A stretch of 62,684 nt of DNA, the filler included, from Aduncisulcus paluster (taxonomy: Eukaryota), in NCBI GenBank assembly GCA_024181965.1. It is 5 parts of 5 records of this genome, joined end to end, with 100 filler letters (N's around TTAATTAATTAA, not from the genome) between each part and the next. Parts side by side here need not be neighbours in the genome. Positions count along the whole stretch, not along the records: positions 20,828 to 38,465 come from BQXS01010958.1; positions 38,566 to 51,375 come from BQXS01010960.1; 3 more parts are not named here. One strand, written 5' to 3'. Position 1 is the first letter of the stretch. Every line of letters begins with the position of its first letter. The translations under genes and the position numbers were made by a program. The notes under the pieces are model-generated. The model ran no database searches and was not told the origin of the DNA. It worked only from the letters and a program-made list of their open reading frames with translations. Shown in pieces: positions 33,882 through 43,846 of the stretch.

Positions 33882-35792
33882 ATGGAGTTAAGTTTGGAAA
33901 TTTTATTTAAAAAACTTCAAAGTTTTAATGATATGTTAGAAGTCTGTTTGCATTCGCAAACTCTTGGAAGAAAAGGAATGCAAGACTTTTTTAGTCATCC
34001 TGTTACCCACCATGAAGAAGCTAAAAGAATTCAACAATATATTACTGCGTTAGAAACCCAATTGGCGGCTACTACTGCTAAAATTGGTGAAACTTTTGAA
34101 GAGCTTGCAAAAGCCAAGCTTGTCCCTTCATTTAAACAGGCTAAAGAATCAGTTTTGAAACAAAAAGCAAAAGAAAGCAAAATGACCACCCCACATATGA
34201 TGACAAGCATCTCAAAACCTTCTTTGGCTTCTCCTCATACACCCAAAACTGCCTCTCTCTCTTCATCTCAGTCAAGGCCTATGGGACATTCTGGGCGGAG
34301 TGGGAGCACCGTTTTCTCTCCTTTATCTCACATTCCAGTTCCAACCAGTGCTTTATATCCTCTATCTGAAGATAAGACCCAGAGTCTTGAAGGAATGCCT
34401 AATATTGATTCTATTCTTGAGTCTTACAGACCTATTTTAATGAGCATTTTTGAATACTACTGTCTTGTCACTGCTGCCCATACAAGAGAGGTTACATTGG
34501 GACTTCCTCATTCTGCCTTTCTTCTACTTCTTAGGGATGCCAGAGTGACGTCAATACTGCCAAGAAGTGTTATTGATGCTATTTTTGCTGCGCATTCAAC
34601 TTGTGAACCACTCCACGATCGGACAGCAGCTCAAATGAAGGTCGCTCATAGTCATCAACCAATCTCTTCTCCAGCTGAAAGATTACGCTCAATTGCCCAG
34701 TCTCAACAGGCTTTAAGTTCATCCTCCGTGAAATTGAAGAAGTCTCACGATCTTTCTCGTATCCGTGTCTTCAAAAAGGGTCATCAGCCCACGGGTGACC
34801 ATATTATGTCTTTCCTTCAGTTTATTGAGGCTCTGAAGCATGTTGCAATCGAGCGTTTGAAGATCCTTAACAAAAAGAGTCTTCCTGAAGGTATGTCCGC
34901 CGCCAGTGTGGAAGCTCACCTCGATGACTCTCTTGTTGAACCTAAGACTCCATTATCGGCTAGTGGCAGCAAAGATGGTCTCTCTGCTGTATCGGTTGGA
35001 GCTCAAGATGTTTCATCCCTTTCTGTCAGTCAATTGGCCTCATCTCAGACTCCTACAGCCTCTCCTTCCAGCTTCAAGCGTTCTTCTTCCTCGACAAGAG
35101 CTGCTCAGTGGCTTGGAGAGCTTCCCTCTTCTCCTTTCAAGGGGCTTGATTGGGAAGCTGGTACTGTTCATACTTCACATTCCCTTCTGTGTCCTGACAA
35201 CAACACTGCCCATGCCACGTCTCGACTCCGTGAAGCTCTGCGGAGTGCGTTTGATGAATATGAAGTTTCAAAGGCGGATTCGAAGCAAGAAGCCTCTGTT
35301 TTGTCCTCTCTCTTCATCCATCACATCCTTCCATACTGCCATCGTGCTGATGATGAACTCGGTGTCGTTCGCCGTGATATTCCTAAAGAATTGCCATCCC
35401 CCGTCAGTGTGTGTGTTAAGAGAGCCAAGCACATTCTCTTGAACTCATTCACTGCCTTCTCTTCTCCGGTGCATCCTGACCAAAAACAGCCCGTCATGAC
35501 TAGTCAACAGCTCCTCGAGTTCTTGGTGTATTATCGACTTGCCTCTATGCTACCTAGACTCACTGTGATTGTTTTGTTCAAGGCTATTGCCACAGTGACT
35601 GATAGATACGGAAGAACAGCGCTTTCTTTTGATGAATTTGTCATGTTTTTATACGTCTTTAGTAACTTGAGCCTTGCTCCTGTCAAGGATCAACTTAGGA
35701 CTGCTGAGGCTAGATTCACAAGGATTTTACTCCTTTTGTCGTCAAGACAGCCTCCAAACCCAATGAGAAAGCAAAAGCCTTTAATCATGTAA
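33882..35792 (+). CDS. Coiled-coil protein with two p25alpha(TPPP)/EF-hand-like helical domains
   Basis: IFEYYC...AFLLLLRDARV...RSVIDAIF...MSFLQFIEALKHVA, and a second copy FTAFS...MTSQQLLEFL...VIVLFKAI...LSFDEFV, resemble the p25alpha pattern (judged by eye). Confidence 0.55.
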   Translation: MELSLEILFKKLQSFNDMLEVCLHSQTLGRKGMQDFFSHPVTHHEEAKRIQQYITALETQLAATTAKIGETFEELAKAKLVPSFKQAKESVLKQKAKESKMTTPHMMTSISKPSLASPHTPKTASLSSSQSRPMGHSGRSGSTVFSPLSHIPVPTSALYPLSEDKTQSLEGMPNIDSILESYRPILMSIFEYYCLVTAAHTREVTLGLPHSAFLLLLRDARVTSILPRSVIDAIFAAHSTCEPLHDRTAAQMKVAHSHQPISSPAERLRSIAQSQQALSSSSVKLKKSHDLSRIRVFKKGHQPTGDHIMSFLQFIEALKHVAIERLKILNKKSLPEGMSAASVEAHLDDSLVEPKTPLSASGSKDGLSAVSVGAQDVSSLSVSQLASSQTPTASPSSFKRSSSSTRAAQWLGELPSSPFKGLDWEAGTVHTSHSLLCPDNNTAHATSRLREALRSAFDEYEVSKADSKQEASVLSSLFIHHILPYCHRADDELGVVRRDIPKELPSPVSVCVKRAKHILLNSFTAFSSPVHPDQKQPVMTSQQLLEFLVYYRLASMLPRLTVIVLFKAIATVTDRYGRTALSFDEFVMFLYVFSNLSLAPVKDQLRTAEARFTRILLLLSSRQPPNPMRKQKPLIM

Positions 35793-36084
35793 TCGCATTA
35801 TTGTGTATTTGTTTTCTTGTGTTAATTTGGGTTGTTTTGAAGTGAAGGTTTATTTCGATCTGAAATATTTTCCATCTTTTGTAGGGTCTTGTCTCGAATA
35901 AGAAGTTATAATTGCTTTTCTTGGGTGGCAGATCGTTGTTTTTAGGGAATAAAAATAATATCTTTTATTTGAATGATACATTTGGTAATATACCAAAGGT
36001 TGGGATCAACGACCGGAAAAAAAGACTTTCCAAAAAAGTTTTGAAAATAAAATAATAAATAGATGATATTACAGATTTTTTTAA

Positions 36085-36168
36085 GCACGGATGGCCGAGT
36101 GGTCTAAGGCGCAAGACTAAGGATCTTGTGTGGATTACCACGCGTGGGTTCGAATCCCACTTCGTGCA
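36085..36168 (+). tRNA. tRNA-Leu (anticodon AAG)
   Basis: Acceptor GCACGGA/TTCGTGC+A, D arm TGGCCGAGTGGTCTAAGGC, anticodon arm CAAGA-CTAAGGA-TCTTG, long variable arm, T arm GTGGG-TTCGAAT-CCCAC, followed by a TTTT Pol III terminator. Confidence 0.97.
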
Positions 36169-36244
36169 TTTTATAAATTACAACCCGACTGGCGAATGAT
36201 TATATTAGCCTGTGATTCAGCCAACCTCCGAAGAGTCTTCTGTG

Positions 36245-36341
36245 GGCTCGCAAGCTCCAAGAGCTAGCATTCGCCACATAGCCTTGAATGCAACTTCTGG
36301 AAGGCTTGCAAGCTCCAAGAGCTAGCATTCACCACAAATAG
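36245..36341. repeat. Two-copy direct repeat, 58-nt period
   Basis: GCAAGCTCCAAGAGCTAGCATTC identical at 36250 and 36308, with similar flanks. Confidence 0.85.
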
Positions 36342-37589
36342 TGAGCCAATTTATCGATTCATATTTCATCATTGTGTCCGTTGTCATGCAGGCAGCAGGC
36401 TGCAGGGAATATATGCAGGGTAATGCATCTGAACCGTTTAGAAATAATAAATTTTGCTCACCCACAACTGTGAAGTTAGCCCAGGCCGAACTACACCGTC
36501 ATCCATTGCTTATGCCACCAATGGAATTGTGGCGATCTAGAATGTCGGATTACTTTGAACCTCTTATGATCAAACCGTTTTATTTTGTGTATTTTAATTA
36601 TTGTTATCGACAGCCTGGTTCTTCAAAAGCCGAGATCTCACGACTTCTGATGTCGAAAGAGAATTTAAATAATCAAATGCAGAAAGCATAAAACACTCTT
36701 ATTGACATTATTAGTTGATATAAATCAAAAGTCGACATCAGAAAGAACCGAACGAAGCGAATGTGAAGAATGTACCTTCCTTCAACTTCATCTTTGGAAG
36801 GAATCTAGGTAATTGTCGGAGGATGGGAACCAAATCCCCCATAAATTTGGGCAAAAAACAACTTAAACAACAAAATATGAAACACCATTTCTATTTTTAG
36901 AATTTCTATTTTTAGAACACAACTTAGGAATATTTGGAAATAATGTCATATCACACCTTCTTTTGGTTGAAAAGATACGAAAATCATTGTTACGATCGTT
37001 CAGATGATCATCCCCTTTTGTTTGTGGTGATCTATCATTCGTTCTCTATCTTTATCATCACTGGTTACTCCACGAGAGGAATAAAATATAAATATAAATA
37101 AATACATGGAGTTCTGAACTTTAAAATGGTATCTTATGAGAGATATAACCTTTTTGTTCCAACTGTTTAAAATTAGCAACACCACTGTTAAAGAATTCAA
37201 ACCATAGCTTCTCACAGTCCTCTAACAACTAAGAGGTGATTACTTGTGAAGGGACAAAAGTATGCAGATCATTTTTGTTTTTGTGTTGTGATCTTTTGGA
37301 ATATTTGCACACTCTCCTGAGATTATTGACCGTTCAGGAGCAAATGATAGACAGATTGATTTGCAACAAGAAAGAACGAAGGAGTATGAGTAAGTGCAAT
37401 CTCTATCCGCAAGATAACTTCAAAATCTTCACTTGAATCGCAAATATTTCTTACTCTTGAACAACTTGTCTTCACAGAATACGTTTCACAGTTGTCTGAT
37501 GAGAATAAAAAGAAGCGACCTAATTGCACCATTATTGGACTTGATTTGTGGATAGAAACAATTGGTGGACGGATGGACGGTAAGGAGAG

Positions 37590-38230
37590 AACAAAAGAAC
37601 CCATACGTTCCAGCACGAACTGGAATACAATTCAAGAATAGTAATAAGTTGTTACTGCTTTGATATGGACTGCAAAACGAAGCTCCGTTTGAACAAAGTC
37701 AAATTATAGAAACGAATATACGATTCGAACGGTAGTCACTGAAGTTCAAGACTACTTTGTCATGGAGAGCTGGAGATTCCTGGATTAATGGAATCATCCT
37801 CCAATCACTTTTGATATTAATCATGAATTGGATGTGGGCCAACTCAACAAGACATCTTTCAAAGCTTCATTTGTTGGTCGATTGAATCGATTAGATGATT
37901 AGAAACGGTATCTGTGAATTCCACGACACCAAAAAAAAAATAAAAAAAAAAGGAAGATCTCACATTTGAAATAGACCTGTGCTCCGAGGGATGGTCTTTA
38001 GAAAAGAAGCTCAAGGCGTTTGACACGAAACATCCATTCATTCAATTAAGAAGCCTTCTTGCAAATCTCTGTGCAGTACAAGGAATAAAATGATCTCGCA
38101 GCGGATAGAAAGTGTATTTTTATCCCATTCAATCACAAGGGATATGGCAGTGGGCGCTCCAAATGGCGACTTTGCGATGAGTTGAGAAAACCCTGTGACA
38201 ATTCCACCAACATGCAGGTTTTTTATATCA
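37590..38230 (-). pseudogene. Possible decayed CRE-like (RLE-type) non-LTR retrotransposon fragment
   Basis: Broken frame reads LHVGGIVTGFSQLIAKSPF ... *MDVSCQTP*ASFLKTIPRSTGLF, and near 37600 a frameshifted FVLE-TYG. These recall the post-RT GGLG, WL-x-A-x-P and C-terminal PF-x2-ETxG motifs. Resemblance by eye only. Confidence 0.35.
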
Positions 38231-38465
38231 CATGGCTCTATATATTGCCATGCCGCATGAGTTCAAGAAAGTCGAAAGCACATCTCGTGACAGGATCTCC
38301 AACAACATAACAAACAAAAATCCAGGCCATATTTTGCTTGCAGTTGTAATAATATTTGGATTGGGTGCTGCATTTTCAAGTATGTCATTCCATTTCTGGA
38401 AATAATTTGTCATCCATTTTGTTCGGAGATGTATTTTACATTGCTTATTGCTTTCGTTGCTGTTT

Positions 38466-38565
38466 NNNNNNNNNNNNNNNNNNNNNNNNNNNNNNNNNNN
38501 NNNNNNNNNTTAATTAATTAANNNNNNNNNNNNNNNNNNNNNNNNNNNNNNNNNNNNNNNNNNNN
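38466..38565. other. Artificial contig linker
   Basis: Same N/TTAATTAATTAA linker. Confidence 0.97.
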
Positions 38566-39088
38566 AAACAAATAATAAACAAATAATAAACTGAATTAGT
38601 TTTTATCAATCGAGCAGAGAGCAGAGAAGAGTGAGAACGATTCGAGAAGCAAAGAAAACCAGAAGAATAGCTTCTCTGCCAAGAAGTCGATGATATTCAC
38701 AATATTCATAGATTTCAACCGCAACTTATCAGCATATTTTGTCACCTTATAATCCACTATGTAAACAAATGTCGAAGTTATGAAACGATTTCGTGTCAGG
38801 AGTGGACTCATAAGGATGGCATGCAATATATGATAGAAAGAAAAATGATCATATAAATTTATTTATATATTGTATGATATTGCTTCCTGAGGTTGTCATT
38901 AGCGACTTTGTGTTTTCGTCTTCTGCTTTTCCTTCGTTGCAAGCAATACAAGATTTATCGTATGTCATATATTTCATTAAATGCGCATCAAGACATATTT
39001 TATGCAATGTCATGCAATTATATTCACTGTATTGTAATTATTTTTCTTTTTTTATTTTTTCTTAGATCCCGACTCTTTTCCATTGTCA

Positions 39089-40183
39089 ATGAGTTCTTCG
39101 ACCGATATACAAATTGTAGAACCTGAGTTTATTCATGAAGGGGATGAAGGTTGTTGTCCAATTCCTCGAGATGCCCCGAATATTAAGAGTTCAGAGATCC
39201 CAAGTATCACACCTATAGATGAAACGCAGGAAGAAGATGACGAAGAGTATGATCAAAGTGTTAATGCACAAAAGATGATGAAAGGAGAGTATAATGATGG
39301 ATTTTTTACCCATATCTCCATTCCTTTCTCCTCATGTTCCCCAATGAAAGGGGCATATATCTGTCTGAATGGTGATTGGGATCCTCCAGAATATCTTATA
39401 TTCACTCTTACGTATTCAAAGGGTGAGAAAACATCCAAGAAATACGAATTTCCTGAATTTGAAGGTTGGTATTGGTATTTCCTTCCTGTTGATCTCCCTG
39501 ATGTTGTTTTGTGTGAGATTACAGGAAAAGGAAGAGTGAAAGAGTATTTTTACATCCCCTCCCTTGTTTTCATTTGTAGAGAAGAAACTCATGAAGAAAT
39601 CAAAGCTCGTGAAGCCAGAGAGAAACTATGGTCTGAAGCTCCAGTTGTGAAAGCAGAGTTTGTTAAGGAAGGAGATGAAGAATCTGGTGGTAGAGATTCT
39701 ATTCCCATTCTCCGTGATGATCCCAAGCTTGTAGATCCTTTATTCTCAATGGTTAAGTGCAAGGACGATTCGGTGAGTAAGGAATCCGAGGAGTATGATA
39801 AGAGTTCAGAAGCACAAAGAATGTTAAAAGGGAAATGTGATGTTATCTTATCCCATCTTTCCATCCCTTTGCCATTACCTAGTCCAATGAAAGGTGCTTA
39901 TATATGTGTGGATGAGTTTTGGAGTTCACCCTCTCTTCTCTTCACTTTCACTGATTGTGATGGTAAGAAGACATCCAAGAAGTATGAATTCACAAAACCT
40001 AAGCATGAATTTGAATGGCACTTCCTTCCTATTGATTTTGATAATGTCGTGTTGTGTGAGATTGAAGGGAAAGGAACTTGGAGAGCGAAGCACAGTCGAT
40101 ATTTCAATATCTACTCCCTTGTATTTACAATCCCCGAAGAAAGTGAAATAATTGAACGATTATCGCTCCTTCCATGGGAATAA
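39089..40183 (+). CDS. Hypothetical protein with two tandem copies of a ~160-aa beta-rich domain
   Basis: EFIHEGDE..PIPRDAP..AQKMMKG..THISIPF..SPMKGAYIC..KTSKKYEF..WYFLPVDL.DVVLCEITGKG recurs as EFVKEGDE..PILRDDP..AQRMLKG..SHLSIPL..SPMKGAYIC..KTSKKYEF..WHFLPIDF.NVVLCEIEGKG. First ATG at 39089. Confidence 0.85.
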   Translation: MSSSTDIQIVEPEFIHEGDEGCCPIPRDAPNIKSSEIPSITPIDETQEEDDEEYDQSVNAQKMMKGEYNDGFFTHISIPFSSCSPMKGAYICLNGDWDPPEYLIFTLTYSKGEKTSKKYEFPEFEGWYWYFLPVDLPDVVLCEITGKGRVKEYFYIPSLVFICREETHEEIKAREAREKLWSEAPVVKAEFVKEGDEESGGRDSIPILRDDPKLVDPLFSMVKCKDDSVSKESEEYDKSSEAQRMLKGKCDVILSHLSIPLPLPSPMKGAYICVDEFWSSPSLLFTFTDCDGKKTSKKYEFTKPKHEFEWHFLPIDFDNVVLCEIEGKGTWRAKHSRYFNIYSLVFTIPEESEIIERLSLLPWE

Positions 40184-40867
40184 TCCAAGGATGTTGTGGC
40201 TTTTCTCCCTTGTTTTTTCTCTGCCAATAGAAATTATTGGCTGCTGAACGAATCTCTCTTCTGCCATTGAAACATTCTGATGATGATCACTGCCTTCACG
40301 ACTTTTCGAATGAGTATCTCTTTTTTTTGACCATTCTTTGGTCCTATTCACAACAATAAAAGCATCTTAATTCATGTTCAACATGATGTTGAATCACTGA
40401 TTGAAGGGATCTTTCTGAAGCTGAGGAGACTACTTTAGAACCAGAATACCTCTCCACTGGAGAGTCTTCAGAAATGAGGATAGTTTGGGATTCTCTCCTT
40501 GATTGTTGGATTTATTGAGAAGAATGGTCAATTATTTCGATCTTTTCCTTCAGAACATCTATTTTATACAAGAGATGTTCTATTCTAATAAAGGGACAAT
40601 ACCATAACATTACAGCAGTTTAGACACCAATTTACCCGTTATAGAAGGATTTTTGAAAATACAATTCTATTTTTAGAATTTCTATTTTTAGAAATGAATG
40701 AAACGAAAGTGAAATATTCTTCGATTTTAGCATTATTTTTACGAATATAAATGACCATTTCAGATGAAAACAAAATATTTCGAGGCGAATAGTTAAAATT
40801 CATCGAAATAACCCATATCATTGTCGAAATGAGACGAAAGCACAAAGATAATAGAGATGTAGAATGC

Positions 40868-41110
40868 TTATTTTCGACTATAATCCCACCCTTTCTTTAG
40901 TTCAACCCCGATCAGATCATCTTCAACCGTTCCAACACAATCTCCATACAGTCTTCGTTGATGTTCAATAATATCCTTGATTCTTGGACATTCCCATCCT
41001 TCTCCAATCTTTTTAAGTAGATGTTTGATGGATTGTACCCTCTCTCGAGCATCATGAACACTCATCCTTTTGTCGACATCAAGAAGGGTTAAATTGAGAA
41101 AAACCTCCTC
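40868..41110 (-). pseudogene. Isolated C-terminal gene fragment, possibly a protein-kinase C-lobe end
   Basis: EEVFLNLTLLDVDKRMSVHDARERVQSIK resembles kinase subdomain XI (L..D...R.s..ea). An in-frame stop lies just upstream, and an upstream GTATGT donor does not splice in frame to the first CAG. Confidence 0.35.
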
Positions 41111-41906
41111 TGAACAAAAAAATCAAAGTTGATGATTAAAGGAGAAAAAAATCATAAATCGGATAAAAACCAGGTAAAATAATATAATTAATTCTACAAT
41201 GACATATAAAAAATTCATAAATATTCAAATCAAACACATACTTCCCGCTTTTTTGTAGATGTCATTGGTACAACTTATTATTGAGGTGATATAGAATTCA
41301 ACTATCAAATACTAAAAAAGTATGATTTTATAAAGACAATGATGCAATTATAGAGCAATTTATCTTTCTAAATGTTGAAAAAAAAAGTCAGACACATTAT
41401 TCATAGTTAACGATACTAATAAATCTAATAATGGGAAAAACACACACATTACCAATATTTAAGAAGATATTATATACATACAATGGAATCAAAATCTTGT
41501 ATCCAAGGAAAACTGTGAAGTCAAGATCTCTCGGATTCTGTCTTGATCAATCTCGTGATTGTAGATTAAAAAGTTACAAAATAGTGGAAAAATCAATTCA
41601 CACAAGAGAATATATATACATTAATAATGGTAAATTAAATTTTACCCATGATATTGTCGTGGTGAAAAATTTTCAGTGAAAATCAATAGGAAATAGAAAG
41701 ATAAGAGCTTGAACTTTACAATTTTGATATCTAAAATATCATTTTACTTGGTATTTTGTAAATCCTACAGAAAGTAAGCGGTTTCCTTTGGTGTAACTGC
41801 CAAACATAGAATATAATCTTCCAAATCATAACACATGTATCAAGAAAATCAAAAGAAAAAGCAAGGCAGAATGTGAGAAAAATAGCGAAAGCGAACGTGA
41901 TTTCTA

Positions 41907-43320
41907 TTATTCCTCTTCCCCTTCCCCTTGTGAAACATTGTCATAATCCGAGACAATCGATTGAAGAAGACATGAATCGATCAAGAAATCTTTCGAGAAC
42001 ATACATTTTTGGACAGATTCACTTACTGAATCCACCAATGAGAAGACAGAAGGAGAACAAAGAACAGAATATTCTCCAGAAATTTGTGAATCTTCTTCCT
42101 CCTTCGCTAAACCCTTGAAAATAACATCAGCCTCAGCACCAACAAACACTTTGGAAGCACCAGCAGCAAGAGCTAAAGTCTCAAAGGTCTTCTGAGCACC
42201 TTCAGATCCCATAGACGAAGTAATAATAAAAGTGTGGTCCTTGAATACGGGCTTAGTCCTTGCCTTTTCAACGAGTGAATGAAGAGAGAATTCTTTTGGG
42301 TTGATTCCATTCTTCTCAAGAATAGAAAGAACACTATCTGAGCATGAATCTGAGGACAAAAGATGGTCCTCGATCGGAGGAGGAATAGTGGATTCATGAA
42401 GAACATCAGCCCATGAACGCTCAACGATATTGGCACCTCTGCAGACACAAACAAGGAATTTAAGAGTTTTAGAAATGCCACTGGCAATGAGAACAGTTTC
42501 ACTGTCAACAATATCAACGGAAGAAGCATCGAACTCTTCAGGATAATATCCACGGACTTGGAGGGACTCAGTGATGGTAGTATCATCTTCTTCCTCAAAT
42601 CCAGTGAGAAGAATAAGGGTATTTTCACTAATAGCATTAGTTTCACCCTGGGTCTGGGTCTGAGTTCCTAATTCTGGCATGGATCCCTCTTCTTCTTCCT
42701 CAAACTCGGCTTCCTTAACATCTTGTTGTTTAGCAGGTTTCTTAGCGGTTGAACGCTTCTTTGAATCGGATTTCTCCAATTTGTTTCCAGATGATCTTCT
42801 TTTTGAAGGAGTTTTTGGAAGAGTTTTTGATGAAGTTGTTTTCTTTTTCTCATTCTTGAAGAAAGAAGAAATACCATCGGCTAGAAGAAGAAGAAGCCAT
42901 TTTGTCGAGTGAAAAGAGCATATGATTGTTACCACTGGATACCAGCATTGGGAATGAGGAAATCTCGACTTCAATATCCTTATCATTCAACTGGAGATTT
43001 GAATCCTTATAGCGAATGGAAACAGGTTTGTCAGGGGAAAAAGGTTCAGTAGCTTTAACAATTAAGCCCTTTCCAGAATCAGAAAAACGAACAGTGGCAG
43101 CACATTTAGGAGCATTATCATATTTGAGGATGGACATTCGACAACCTTCAGGAACCTCCTCATCTTCAGGAAGTTTGTCTCCAAGGATGACATTTACACC
43201 TTTTCTCTTCGGGAAACAGATTTTTTGAAAAGCTCTTTTCCCTTTTAACTCGGTGGAAAGGTTTGTCGTTTCCTTGAGGAAATAGGATACAAATACATTT
43301 ACGTTTGTTTCAGTGACCAT
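41907..43320 (-). CDS. FHA-like + tandem BRCT protein (MDC1/PTIP-like), 453 aa, exons 43320-42933 and 42880-41907
   Basis: Two track ORFs are joined in frame by a 52-nt intron 42932-42881 (GTAACA...(TTC)n...CTAG). The C-terminus has ILLTGF...LIASGISKTLKFLVCVCRGANIVERSW and PVFKDHTFII...LALAAGA, typical of BRCT pairs. The N-terminal beta-rich domain is FHA-like only by pattern. Confidence 0.7.
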
Positions 43321-43846
43321 TAATTTTCTTTCTTGCAACAAAAAACAAAGAAAAAAAAGTAAACACATGCATTTCGAGCGATCTCGAATAAGAAGCTGAA
43401 TTACAAAGAATAAGATAAATAATAGTATTCAATGCATTAAATAGAAAGATATAATCCAGATATCACGATAATTATGAAAATAAATCAATTATTTTCCACC
43501 AAACGACAAAATCGACTCATCGTCATTTTAGAGATCGATTCCACTTTTAGAATTATCACAAAAATGTCATTCAACAAATGAAATAATAATGTTAATGCAT
43601 AAAATAACCATTTTAATAAATTTAACAGATATTTTATTTTTTGGATTTTTTCCCCTAAATGGTGATATAGGTGATGTATTATACAAAACAACACAAAAAA
43701 TCTCATAAAACCCCTATAAATTCCCGAGGATATACTTTCCCAAAATCGATTTCGAAGTAAATTCATTTCGGGATCTGAATTTCAGGAGGAACTGAAAGGC
43801 TACACAATCTTTTTTTGTTCGTTATTTTCCTATCTAATATCTAAGC

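Noticed and set aside
36245-36341. CRISPR-like repeat-spacer pattern
   Set aside because: Only two copies, similarity extends into the flanks, no cas genes, eukaryotic context.
42861-42941. Alternative introns for the BRCT gene using GTATCC or GTATTT donors
   Set aside because: They give the wrong frame or an immediate stop; only GTAACA (42932) to TAG (42881) joins into the BRCT frame.
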